DNA of 64,000 bases from Octopus vulgaris. Its lineage: Eukaryota. Made by a program: the position numbers and the translations under genes. The notes beneath the pieces were generated by a model that worked only from the letters and a program-made list of their open reading frames with translations, ran no database searches and was not told the origin of the DNA. The number at the start of each line of letters is the position of its first letter. Position 1 is the stretch's first letter. The stretch covers positions 68,386,001-68,450,000 of the forward strand of contig OX597818.1 of assembly GCA_951406725.2 (NCBI GenBank), in the 5' to 3' direction. Shown here one piece after another: positions 13,171 through 26,342 of the stretch.

Positions 13171-14109
13171 TTGTGAGTTCAAATACTTTTGAAGTTAATG
13201 TTTGGCTTTGACTCACCGGAAGTCGATAAAAAATACTAAACAAACGAGTTGTGTTGGTGGAACTACAAGAAGGTCGAACAAGATTTCTTGCAGTACCTGT
13301 GTCATGATCATTCTATTGGCAAGATGTATCAGCTTGATTCAATGACCTTTCCCTTGGATAAACATTGGTTACATGGCGAGAAGAGGAGACCTGCATGCAT
13401 GGGCAACCACCAACATTCCTCAAGACATTCTTCTGACACAAGAGCCTACGTTTGTGGTGATGGAAGCAAGATCAACTCTAACCAATAGTAATAAAATGGT
13501 TAAATAAAAGAAAACGCAATTGCATGATCAAAATATTCAGTTCTGAGCTGCAAAAGCACCTTCTCTCCTCTAAGTTCTTCACTCTCTACTGCAATATTTT
13601 GGTATAATTCAAGAACTGACCTACTCAGGCATATGTCCCAGTTTCTCTGGCCACACCTAACGTTCATTACATTTTGGTGGGAGAAAGTACCTTCCTCTTT
13701 ACCGCCATTCCACACTCGAAGCTTGAAAACGTTGATGAGGGCTTGATTGGGGAGAATTGGCTTCAAATCCTCAAGGTTTTCAAAAATGTCAGGCATAAAA
13801 CCACTTGCGCCACGTCACCAGATAGAAGCAAACCACGTGTACCTCCTTACCACTCGGCAGTTACGTGGTGGTTTTATTTTATCAGGTACGCTTTCGACAG
13901 CCTGACAAATGGCCATAAAATAAGAGAGAGACAGAGAGAAAGAAAGAAAAACAGACAGACAGGAGAAGAGAGAGAGAGACAGACAAAGATGGGGAGGTTA
14001 ATCTGACTATATCAAACGATAACACTTGACCACAGCTTAATTTAACAACTACGAAAGAGTGAAAGGTATTTTGACAAACTTTCTATTTATTCTGCCATCT
14101 AGCATCATA

Positions 14110-14170
<61 letters not shown>

Positions 14171-14172
14171 GT

Positions 14173-14207
<35 letters not shown>

Positions 14208-16546
14208 CATACACACCTCCACATATACATGTATGAATTTTGCTTCTTCGTGTTGATTGTAGCACCAATGAACAACGAAACACAGCAACTTGGGTATTAC
14301 TGCAATTTGCTCGGCCTTAGATCCTGTAATATCTTTCAAAACAAGCAACATTTAGTTGCTTGTCAGGAAGATATATCGGATTCTCTGGAGAAAGAAAATT
14401 TAATTAAGTGCGTTTTCTGATATGTCGATGTTATGATATCTGACTGTAATTATGGAATATTTGTCCAATATAATGATAATAATAATACCGTTTGGACAGG
14501 AATTGTCTTTTCCCACTGCTCTGTCATTAGTATCAGATCATTTACTAGATACATTATCAATACTGTACTTGACTTTAGTGGTATAACGTAAGCTGGTGCC
14601 TTTAAATGTTTACCTTTGATGCTGGAGTATCAATCAACTGAAACCCCCATAACTTTGTAATCTATATGCAGTTGAGATATCAAACGAACTTTTTCAAATG
14701 CCTCCCCCCAAAAGTGGCATAAAGAGAAAGCCGGGATACGTCTTCGTCAATGACAAACAGTCAGATAACGAGCTCATTTCTAAGTTGGATTTCATGAATA
14801 TTTATTGGTTTGATTAATTAAAATCTTTAGATATAGGGGATGGGGGGGGGGCAGTAAAAATATATTAGAGTTAGGATTTTTTTTTAAATACATAAAAACA
14901 AGGTGGAAAACCATGGAATCCAGTTTCCGTTCCAAGTGATTGGAAATAGTTTTTGCATAAAACAGTTTTGTGATGTTCTCCAGACGTGTAGATAATAAAT
15001 GGCAGAAACAGTAGAACAATGAATTAAAAACGTTGTTGCATTATTTAGTTATGTCCCTTTAGATTCTGACTAAAGCATCCAAACGAGGCTAATTTATTTG
15101 CTTTCTCATCTTGCCAGAGGTTAATAAGATATGTACAAATCAAATATAATAAACTCGGGATAATAAACTGAACAAAGCTCTTCTCAAAAGTCTTTGCCAT
15201 TCTGATTCACTTAGAAATTATTATTTTTCCAGTAGTTTTATGTTTATTGCGTGCTTTCACAGTAAAATCAAATGGATTACTCTGAGCTTTTGCATATATC
15301 GAGTAATTTGTTTTAGTTATCCGTTTCCTTCAGTTTTCTTTTTTGCATTGTGTTGCAATAATCTATGGTAAGTACTCAACATAATGTGTGGGCTAGATGT
15401 AGAGCTGTTTGTTGTAGAATGTGTTGTTTTATGTGTTAAAATACTAGAAGTTTCAAGACAGTATTTATTATTATTATTAACAAATGTCGACTTTGTTTTT
15501 CAATCTTTCGAGGTCGATAAGTACCATTTAAACACCGGAGTAGTTGAAATCAGTTTAACCCCTACCTACCCCGAACTTGTTTGCTTTGTGCCAAGATTCA
15601 ATGAGCGGTGAGCTGGCAGAATCTTCCGTACGTCGGACATTGTGCTGAGCGGCATTTCTTTCGACTCTTTACATTTTGAATTCACATTCTAGCTGGGGCG
15701 ATTTTGTCCATCATTCTTTCGACAGTCAATAAAATAAAGGACTGTTAACACGAAAGCTGTCAGAACAACAAAAGTCAATCTTTAAATCCAACTTCACGTT
15801 ATTGTTATGTCAGAATACCGAATACTGCAATACTTACCTTGAAAAAAATCTCTCATTTAGATGCACCGGGCATTAAAGTACACATATTTATATCGCTGGC
15901 CGACGGAAATCGTTTGCTAAGGGAGCCGGAACTGCCAGATCACATGATTTCGTCGTACCCCTTCTCCTCAGTAGCAGACGTCTGATAACCGCATACCAGC
16001 CGAATCACTTACTTTTAAGGCACTGATGTAGAAAATAGCCAGCAGTCTTTTTAAAACTTAATTGTTAGTGACAGAGGCAGTATTAAGCAAAAAGCAATCT
16101 GCATATCAAGCTTAACGTGGATGTTTAGGCAGAACGCCGAATATTGAGTTATTTACCTTGAGAGCATCTCTCATATGGATGCTTTGTACATAAGGGGACT
16201 CGTAATATATCGTTAGTGGAGGAGAAAATGTCTGCTATGGGTGCCGGAACTGCCAGATCACGTGATTTTGACGACTGACCTGTGCCCCTAACACCACTGG
16301 CCTCCTGCCTTAATTTGCAACAAATGTTATGATTGCTAGGTGACAGAATCGTTACATTACCTTATATTACTTTCTCTTTAAATTTCGAGTTCAAATTACG
16401 CCGAGGTCGATTTAGCCTCTTAACCTTTTGGGGTCGATGACATAAATACCAACTAGGCACTGGCGGTGATGTAATCGACAAGTCATCTACCCCCAACATT
16501 TTCACACCCGGTACCTGTCATAGATAAAATTATCATTATAATAATT

Positions 16547-16604
<58 letters not shown>

Positions 16605-16625
16605 CCATCGTCATCATCATCATCA

Positions 16626-16668
<43 letters not shown>

Positions 16669-16703
16669 CATGATCATGATCATGATCATTATTATTATTA
16701 CTA

Positions 16704-17245
16704 TTGAGTGAGAAAGCAGTGCATGCCATCAAAGTGACACTGGGCTAAAATATACGAGGCCCAGTATACCCATCATGATTACCCATCTGATAAGGGTACG
16801 ATAGGCACATGCTTCACAACCATATTTGTGCGACATGGTGATCTCATATCAAGATATAAAGCACTTGACCTTGTAGGTGGGGCCCTGTTAGAATTTTCTT
16901 CTGGTCAAGTAACCCATCCCGCTCAAAAGGTCCCTGAATAAGGATTGTTTAAGGACGTTGAACGAAACACCCATGTTTCCAGAGGTGAATTATTCAAACG
17001 CCAAAGAATCCCTCTCAACACATGGCTATGGTGTTCCCCCATTACTTCTGCTCGTGATCAGAGATGCACATATCGTCAGCCACTAAGGGACATTCTCAAC
17101 TGGTCACGGTCAAACAACTGACAAGCAAATCTGTGGTATTGAGCAGAATATTTGCTGTAGCCCATCTTTTATGCCAAGACAAAACAATGTACATGATAAC
17201 ACTTGCAATCAGTTAAGATCAGAAGACACGAGAGCCACTGCCTGG
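16704..17245 (-). mobile_element. ~540-bp non-coding element embedded in (TAA)n/(ATC)n repeats
   Basis: Complex block with (ATT)n on both sides; resembles a microsatellite-targeting non-LTR derivative (inference). Confidence 0.45.
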
Positions 17246-17274
17246 TTATTATTATTATTATTATTATTATGTAA

Positions 17275-17690
17275 AGGCGGCGAGCTGGCAGAAACATTAG
17301 CATGCCGGGCGAAATGCTTAGCCGTATTTCGTCTGCCGCTACGTTCTAAGTTCAAATTCCGCTGAGATCGACTTTGTCTTTCATCCTTTCGGGATCGATA
17401 AATTATGTACTAGTTACGCACTGTGGTCGATATAATCGACTTAATCCGTTTGCCTGTCCTTGTTTGTCATCTCTTTGTTTAGCCCCTTGTGGGTAGTAAA
17501 GAAATAGAAATAAGTATTTAGTCTGTCTTTACGGTCTGAGTTGAAATTTCGCCGCGGTCGACTTTGCCTTTCATCCTTTCGGTGTTGATAAATTAAGTAC
17601 CAGTTGCATACGGGGGTTGATCTAATCGACAGGCCCCCCTTCCACCAAAATGTCAGCCCTTGTGCCTATAGTAGAAAAGAATATTATTAT
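17275..17690 (+). mobile_element. SINE family A dimer
   Basis: Full head followed by a second internal unit that restarts just before the B box. Confidence 0.88.
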
Positions 17691-18199
17691 TCAGTACTAG
17701 GAAACATCGTTTGGAGCTGGAGTCAAACAATTTGTTTCCTTGAAACAATCCTGACTGTTTCTCATTCAACCAAACACTTCGTGATTTAGCGGAGACCTCG
17801 TTTTCCAGGCGTTTCTTTTTTATTTCAGATATGTATGTAATAATTGTTGCCCCTTCCAGGTTTCTATTTTATCTTTTCGGCTTTAATTCCAATGGGGAGA
17901 GAGAGAGAGAACGGGAGAGAAAGGGAATGAGAGAGAGAGAGAACAGGAGAGAAGGGGAATGAGAGAGAGAGAGAGAGGGATCTGTTTTCTGCTTCTGTTG
18001 TTTGTTTAGGTTTTGATCCTTTCATATGAGTGGACCAGAAAGAATATCCAATTTCTTTTGTCACTACAGGGATCGATGCAAAAGTTGTTTAGCTTAATCT
18101 GCTTGTAATGATATTCGTATTTCTGGCTGGCGAGTCTGCTGTGTGCATATTTTTTTTTTATTATTCCTTCATTTCATTATGCTTTATATTTTTGGAAAT

Positions 18200-19600
18200 A
18201 AGTTTAATTGGTCAACCAGAAGGCTTATCGATTTTAATTCTGTCGTTATTTCCAAATGATGATCATGCTTGTGGTTTCCATTGCTAGAATGTCCTACTAA
18301 AATTTCTTCAGTAAATTAATCTGCTTTGATCCAAAGTTGCGTTAAGATGAGTGTTATTTTTTATTATCCTCCAAATATCATCGTAGAATATCATCGTAGT
18401 TTGCTTTGTCGAAAGAGAGAACCGATGCATATCCGTCACCTACTTTGCTGGTTTGTTTCTGAATGTACCGTGTTTGGCAGACTACATTTTCCAACATTTT
18501 ATGCATCAGTTTCTAAGTATGCATTCCTCTTTTAATCTTCGAATGAATTATATATTTTTTAATCCCGGTCTCTCACTAATTATGGAATATAAAAAAGAAT
18601 TACGTTACAGCAGAAAGTCTCTTTTAAGCTGGCGATGTCAAGCATTAGTGATAATCAGCTGGTTTTATACCATGAGGGAGGATTCCTCTCTACAACCTCA
18701 AAACATTCAAAATACTTCTTCAGCTGCTAATTTCAAACTGTGTAGACATGAAAACACTGATAAATTTTACAGAAACAGCTTTCAGTATCCTTATCCTTTC
18801 TTTCCGCATCATGACGATCGTAGATTTCTTTTTAATACTCAGTGGACACCACACGAAATTGAATAATTTTTTTGAAACATTTTCTTCAAATTTGCAAACA
18901 TTATTACCCTCTTCATTGAATCCTCCAAACATTGATTATTGGTATTACCTGTGAATACAATACATTTCCCAGAAACTATTTTTTTTCGCCGTTTCTTTTT
19001 TTTAAGTAATTTGTGATTGCGTTTGCAGTCACATTAAATATGTTCTCAAATTCAATCAGTTTTAACTCTTAACAACTATTCTTCCAGTTAATGTTCTGAT
19101 TTAAAAAAATAACTTTATTGAATGGTGATTACTTCCATCAGTTGCAATTCCACTTGTTTTATTTTCTTCGAGAATTTTCAAGGTAACATTCATAAAATAT
19201 GCTGCATGCACAAAGTTAACACTTCCAACTCTTTTTGCTCGAGCTCTGGAATATTTTTTCCACATCAGAATCATATAGAACCTTTTTAAACAAGACAGAA
19301 AATCAGTTCTAAGTGTGCAGTGGTTGTCATGTTTAATAGCCGAACATGCCATAGAGCCACGTTTAGTTTTACTCCTTGGTTTGAAATTACAACCTGAGTT
19401 ATTTGTAAAGCATTGGAATATTTAGACATGCTACAAAGACTTATGATTGTGGTTGTTCTACTAAATACTGAGTCCCTCGGTCACCTCTACCTCGTTTGGG
19501 AGTAGGTTCAGCAAGACTGCAAGGATTTTTACTTTTGAGTCCATGAGGTCTATGATGTCATTTTAAGCTCTGCGTCAGATAAACTGGAATTCAAAAACGT
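18200..19600 (-). pseudogene. Decayed hAT-superfamily transposase
   Basis: Collinear motifs across frameshifts: ILEE...GIATDGSNHHSIKLF; FGGFNEEGNNV...WCP; KTS*LSL (TRWLSL-like). Confidence 0.7.
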
Positions 19601-19859
19601 TTCGTATTTTAAAACTCGCAACTTTTTAAATAATTCTTGTCCTTGAAAAAAATTTGTAATTCTTACAATTGGAATGAAAACCAATACTTCTGTAGAAATA
19701 GGAAATAAACCTTGAAGGCAGAGTTGAAACCGAAAAGATCTGAAACAAATTGTAAGTACTAAGACACCACAACAAGCGACAAGCCAATAACAAACACTAT
19801 TACTGCAGTTTAAGTTTGGCCAGCAAGACTGTAACTGTCATAATTCTCAAACCACGTAA

Positions 19860-20457
19860 GGCCGGGAGCTGGCAGAAACGTTAGCACGCCGGGCGAAATG
19901 CTTTGTGGTGTTTCGTCCACCGCTACGTTCTGAGTTCAAATTCCGCCTAGGTCGACTTTGCCTTTCATCATTTCGGGGTCGATCAAATAAGTACCAGTTA
20001 CGCACTGGAGTCGATATAATCGACTTAATCCTTTGTCTGTCCTTGTTTAACCCCTTGTGGGTAGTAAAGAAATAGGTATTTCATCTGCCGCTACGTTCTG
20101 AGTTCAAATTCTGCCGAGGTTGACTGTACCTTTCATCCTTTCGGGGTCGATAAATTAAGCACCAGTTACGCACTGGGTCGATGTAATCGACTTAATCCCT
20201 TTGTCTGTCCTTGTTTGTTCCCTCTGTGTTTAGCCCCTTGTGGGCAATAAAGAAGTAAGAAACGTTAGCATGCCGGGCAAAATGCTTAGTGGTATTTCGT
20301 CTGTCTTTACGTTCTGAGTTCAAATTCCGCCGAGGTCGACTGCCTTTCATCCTTTCGGGGTCGATAAATTAAATACTAGCTGCGTACTAGGATCGATCTA
20401 ATCGACTGGCCCCTTCCCCAAAAATTTCGGGCCTTGTGCCTAGAGTAGAAAAGAATT
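19860..20457 (+). mobile_element. SINE family A tandem multimer (3 units)
   Basis: Three copies of GTTCTGAGTTCAAATT...CCTTTCATC...GGGGTCGAT. Confidence 0.9.
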
Positions 20458-21135
20458 GTCAACCCACGTAAATAATATTCGTGAGGTTACTACGTTACGG
20501 GTAACAATTGTTGAAACGACGAAAATACAGCACAAAATAAATGCTACAATTTCAAAATGAAATCTATCCGATTTCTATAACAAATGCGATAGTTGTGCAG
20601 ATGATAGTATTACTGTTGGTGGTGGTGGAAGTGGTGGTGGCGGCGGTACAATTCCATATCACCATCCTTAAACTAATATTTTATTTGTGTCTAAAGTAGT
20701 TGTAATGTTTATACATAGATATTGGTTGATTCGTTGGTTGAAATCTCCAGTCACGTTTTAATCGCGTGCAGAAAGTGTAGAGAAAGTTAACAGAACATTT
20801 GCAGAATTGGTGCACATACTAGGTTTGATGGCAGGCAATAAGTAAATAGGCGCTACACAAACGAAGCAAGAAAGAATCACAGAGGCAGAGAGAGAAAATG
20901 ATAATATTTACAAGAGAAATCATGCAACTGAGAAATAAGTAGCTGCTCTTCGAAAAAAATATATAACAACCATTAACAGATTGCCTTGAGAATCCGCTGG
21001 AACATATTTACAATGATTATCTACATCATTGTTTTGTTTAAAATGTCAAATTTTTTTTTTCTTCTCAAAAGAAAACAAATCCATTGCATAAGCTCCAAAA
21101 CAAGTTGCCCTTTGATTATTGTGTATCTGCTTATA

Positions 21136-21365
21136 GGCGCAGGCGCGGCCGTGAGGTGAGAAGTTTTCTTCCCAGCCACGTGGTTCCGGGTTCAGTCCCA
21201 TTGCATGACACCTTCTACTGTAGTCCCGAGCCGACGAAAGCCTTGTGAGTGGATTTGGTAGACGGAAACTAAAAGAAGCCCGTCGAATATGTACGACGTA
21301 CTAAAACCCGTTCAAGACGGTGCTGCAGCATGGCCGAAGTCCAGTGACTGAACTAAGCAACAGAT
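21136..21365 (+). mobile_element. SINE family B, internally deleted
   Basis: GGCGCAGG head, GGTTCAGTCC B box, GTGGATTTGGTAGACGGAAACT, CAGCATGGCCG tail. Confidence 0.8.
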
Positions 21366-21425
21366 GAACGATAATGCCACAAGCATTATCTTGATGCCAA
21401 AAGCGAATGTTTCAAAGCTATCCAT

Positions 21426-21640
21426 CACGTGACTCGTAACACATTAGTATACAATAAAGCACGTGACTGGAGATCACGTTTAAGCAGACCAAGGCACCGA
21501 TTGCTAGCTTCGAAAATTAATTTGCCGTTAAGTTTACGGCATCATACATGGGAGCACGTGACTTATATGACAACGTAGATATGTACACGTGATTTAGCAG
21601 GAGAGAATCAACTAAACGAGACTTATAAGGCTTCCGGCTC
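21426..21640 (+). promoter_or_regulatory. Candidate promoter/enhancer: four CACGTGA E-boxes, TATAA and CTTCCGG
   Basis: CACGTG at 21426, 21460, 21555 and 21586; TATAA at 21624; ETS-like CTTCCGG at 21631. Confidence 0.4.
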
Positions 21641-22729
21641 GTTTCTCTCCAGGTTTTATTTTATCATTACAGTCTTTTGCCGTTGCTGTCTTGTTTTCTT
21701 TTTTTTTCTTTCTTTCTTTTTTTATCTGCTTGTTTGTTTTTACTTGTTGGAAAGTAAAATCCGGAGCTTTTGAAGAATTTTGAAATTACTTTGGAAAGAA
21801 GATTTTCAAGAGCAAAATGGACGACATGGTACTTCTGCACTCCATCCTCTATATCACGGTACTAACAGACAGCGACATGCATTTCAAATGGTAATTTTCT
21901 CTTCAGCTTTTCTCCTATGAATAAACATCCACCTGCTCTTAAACTGGTAAACTCCAAACACTCAATTATCGTTTTATCTTCGCCGCGACATGTTAAAACA
22001 CTTTGGTCACTTGGTTCGTAAATCACTAATCAAATCTACAGACTAATAATCAAAGCTGAGTGGAAACCAATAACTATTGCATCATGGGTAAAGAAAGAAG
22101 ACAGCCAAACAACAATGGAGCTGGTGTAATTGAAGTGGTTTTTGTTTTTGGTTTTTTCAAAAATTCAATTAAAAACCTTTGAAACGAAGCTGTTTTTAAT
22201 TAGGAATCAGTCAAAAATGATTTCATGTCTTTTTCCTGTTTTATATTTGGTTTTATGTTATTTATTATCTTGTTTATTATTCATTTTTATAGTCCAACCG
22301 TTTTCCCACACACACACACATACAGAACCATATATATACGCACACACACGTACACACTGACACGCACACACACACACTCACATAGACACAGAGGCACATA
22401 TACATGTCCTCGTTTCAGAGCGTCAGATGTTCGTCTGAACCCATTCCCTATTGAGTAAATAATGAAGTAAATTGAGTGCTGTGTAAAATATCATTGCTGT
22501 GAGAAGGACAGCCATATTCGTTCTCCTGGAAGCTCAGCAACCAACGATGTCCTACGACGCAAAAAGGGCGCAGACACGACCGTCTGGCAAACAAGCTCGC
22601 TTCATTTGAACGTGAGTTCAATGAAGCTGTATGATACGTTGGTTTAGCATCTTCTGTCATGCGCACTGGTGGAGCAATGCCTTGCAAGTGAAATTTAGAA
22701 AATGGAATAAAATATAATATATCAGGTGA

Positions 22730-22970
22730 TCACGTCACGTGGTCGATTAGACCATCGGATGTTATAGATCGCTGGTCACAATGCGTCTTGGTTGTTTTGG
22801 CTTTCAAATGATGCCACTCCGCTACTGGGGAAGCAGGCCAACATTCCCTTTGATCGGAAGAGTGGTGCGTCGATGGGTAACCCGTTTACGGCTGAGTAGC
22901 CTGCGGCAACGTGAAATGATATGTTTTGCTCAAGAGAACAACGCGCCCCTTGGTCCAAACCACGAGCTTT
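22730..22970 (-). mobile_element. SINE related to family C
   Basis: Reverse complement contains TTGAGCAAAACATATCATTTCACGTTGC...ACTCAGC, matching the family C core. Confidence 0.65.
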
Positions 22971-23429
22971 CACACACACACACACACCTATATATATATA
23001 GTAATATACATACATACATGTGTGTGTGTGTGTGTTTATAAACCCCGTGATTAATCAGATCTACAAATATATTTTCATAGCGATTGTTATTAATGTCAAT
23101 CACAATTTATTTCTTAGCTGAAGAGATAACTCTAATTTGCATATTAAATTATTATTTAATATTTTATGCACGAAATGTGTAAAATCTAAGTTCCATGACA
23201 ACCAGAGGACGTATAATGGTTGGTATAGATGCGTATAGTTGGTATAGGCAAGTAAGTCATATACACTTTATGCTTAGCATGAAACTGGACCACTCAGCAT
23301 AAACCAGACATCGGTGACATCAGAAATGCGTGAAAAATTTAAGAAGAAAACTAGGATAACTTAAAGATCCCTCGACAAGACGTTCATTCAAAGAAAGTCA
23401 AGTTGTTGCAAATGATAAGGAGGCAAAAA

Positions 23430-23770
23430 AGATAGACTTACAACGGAGATTGTTTGAATTAGCACACTGCGTGATATCTAACCACACCCGATACTACGGT
23501 ACCTTGATGGTGAGATCAGCTTACCTTTATGATAAGAGGGAATTTATCAAAGACACTTACTCTCCTTTTACAGAAATCATAACTGAAAGACTTAAAAGAA
23601 TTCGTTTGTAATGTGCTTCCAGGTGGCAATTCCAAAGAAAGAATTCTTTGGAAACGTGAGTTAGACACAAGCTGCTGTATCAAACAAAACCCCTTCAGGT
23701 TTATGTCAAATAAATAAAGTTATTCACAACCAACAGAAGCAATGGAAAAGAAAGCATGGACTCTTATTAA
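23430..23770 (+). pseudogene. Decayed RTE-like LINE 3' end
   Basis: ERLKRIRL..., RILWKR, YVK*I and EAMEKKAW across frames resemble the RTE C-terminus. Confidence 0.4.
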
Positions 23771-23899
23771 TCTTCATTGTAAAAAAAGTGATTATTAAAA
23801 CGATAAAGTTATTTAAACTATCACCAAGGGATTCGTTCTCTCTCTGCAAAAATGAAGTTGCTTTATATGCTTCTACAACTCCTAAACCGAAGAGGGAGT

Positions 23900-24724
23900 A
23901 CTTGAACCTTTTGATACCAACCGGCTCCAGACTGCCTTAGTTTCTATGATCTAATATTATGATCTAATATTATCTAAATATAAACCTTCCGAGCAAAGTT
24001 TTAGGTTCCAAACACCAGATAAAGGATTACAAAATATTTTACTGATACGTCCTTCATTTCTTTCTGGAATGCGAAATCTATATGATGTACGCCGTTTAAA
24101 TTAATCAGATAGGAGTCATCTTCAACGTGGAGACATCAGTCCAGCTAATGTAAACAGTAAAACATCATATACATTACTGTTATGGAAATTGATTGAAATA
24201 GCAAATTATTTTAACGTAAGCATAATAACAACAAGATAGTTAAAGTGATCTAAATTAAAATTTTCCATCACAATTTCATGTTCCAAACATTAGCTTAGTA
24301 TTGACAAAGTGATTTCACTAAATTTTCGAGTATTTTTCAAATTAATTGAGACAAAAGCTTTGTATTTCAATAGAAGTGTGATAGCAAAAGTTGACAAAAT
24401 TATCTAAAGTGAAACCTTCCATCAAAATTCTATGCTAATTTGTATTCGAAACACCAGCTTAATAATGAGGGAGTTATTTAACTAAATGTTCATTATCTTA
24501 AAAATTAATTGGAACAAAGACAATGTGTTTCAAAAGAAATATGCCAACGAAAGTGTTAGGGGTCATCTAAATTAAAAACCTTACATCAAAATTTCATGCT
24601 AATTAATGTTCCAGACACCACGTTAATAATGACACAGTAATTTTACTAAATACGTCAATAGATTCAACATTTATTAGAACAAAGGCAGCGTATTTCAACA
24701 GAACTTTGGTAACGAAACACTTAA
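23900..24724. repeat. Tandem array of diverged ~155-bp units (MITE-like)
   Basis: Units start ATCTAAA...CCTTCCATCAAAAT at about 23972, 24248, 24402 and 24565; the last three end ...AACGAAAG-like. Confidence 0.75.
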
Positions 24725-25099
24725 GCGATTGCTTGAGATTCTATGCATAGTAGTCAGTTATGCAGCTAATCAAACGCCTTAATGTCTTCAAAGATGAAAG
24801 ACTTATTATGGTGTGAGTATCCTAAGTACATGACAGCTGAATAATTGAAAATGTGATGCTTCTGTTTTGGCTTCTTGTCATTTGTCTACTCGATTTGAGC
24901 TGATTTATGAACCATGCAACAACAGCAACAATAATATCAAACATGCCGAAACATAAGACAGGTCTCCGTTTTTGTTGTCGATGTAGAGTCATGAAAGAGT
25001 CATTAAGTTGATACGAGTCACGTATTGAATAGCTTGGCTTTTGAGTCACTTTACAAAGTTTTGCCGATTAAAATTTGAAACCAAGGACACGTCCTTCCT

Positions 25100-25900
25100 A
25101 ACGCCAAACATCATTTGTAACTCACAATACAAGACCCATTGACAGATTTTGGGTGTAATATTGAGGACTGTGGTTTCGTGCCAGGTATAGGGGAGCTAAA
25201 GTAGAAAAGTGGGACAGGAACGGGTGTCTCGTTGTAGAGAAGATACTGCACCAATGGAAAAGGGGGAAATAATGGTGGGGATGATGTCAAGGCACAAGAA
25301 TGTAATGGCGAAAGAATAAAGAATTGCTGGGTGGGAAGTAGGTTCACAAGAGTTTAAAGGAATGTGAGTAGAGATATGGACAGAACTGAGAGTAAAGAAT
25401 GGTGGACGTGGGTGGGGTGTGTGAACGATGACGATTCTCAGTCTGGGAGAATCTAAGAGAAATTGGAGGGAGTCAGGAAGCAGAAGGATCTGATTGGTGG
25501 TAATACATAAAAAGTGGTGGGAAGACCAACAGTAAAATAAAACAGTGGTTAGATGAGAAATAAGAAGATGAGGTGCCGTGTAGATGAAAGAAAAGATGGA
25601 CAGTGACAGGGACGGATGTCAGAGGTGTATAGGGGTGGAGTTACACAAAGATGTGTCAATGTAGATATCAGAAAGCGTTCGGTAGATCTCTAGAAGTAAA
25701 GGATAAACTTGGGAGTGTCGATAGGGTTGAATAAAAATACTTATTGGGGGCAGAAAAAAGGAAAGCAGTAGGCTCAGCTCTACTTGCATAGAATAACAGC
25801 TGAATAAGAGTACAGACGTTCGAGGTATGGGTAGTGATGGGTGTTATAAGGTGGAGTAGGTAGGAAGGCTTCACAGGTACAGGTTGAGCGTGGAGGCTAC
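25100..25900 (-). pseudogene. Possible highly decayed retroelement RT (PLE-like)
   Basis: Strong purine/pyrimidine strand skew; LPSLSFT...SDIYI...STPIH loosely resembles HPSLxFT...FLDIxI...TSVH. Confidence 0.25.
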
Positions 25901-26305
25901 CGAATCTTCATTCATCTTTGTTCTTTGTCATGTCCTCCCTCAATTTCACCAAACTCTTCCATGAGTTCTCATCACATTTAGTCATCGCCAATTCTTCATG
26001 CAGTTGTTCTCATCCAAGCCAGCAGAGTATCTATCCCTGCACACAATATCTACTGCTTCTTATTCCTTGCTTTTCTTTCAAAACCTTTGTTGGCCCTGAG
26101 CTGAAGTTGAAGATACAGCGGATGATGTGCAATGAGACTGAAATTAGAGCTGGGGGTTTACAAGGTAAAATCGTTAGTTGTACAACCATGTGAGGATATG
26201 GACTCACAAGGAACTCAGAATATCAAAATTCCGAGCAAATATTGAAAGCCAATACAGCCCTTGCTCTAACATTACGTTAACTAACTACCTTACCCTTTTA
26301 TTTCA

Positions 26306-26342
<37 letters not shown>

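Noticed and set aside
19860-20457. CRISPR-like repeat array
   Set aside because: Units are 150-200-bp SINE segments without unique spacers; eukaryotic context and no cas genes.
22730-22745. CACGTG as part of the regulatory E-box cluster
   Set aside because: Lies at the end of a minus-strand SINE, about 1.1 kb from the cluster.
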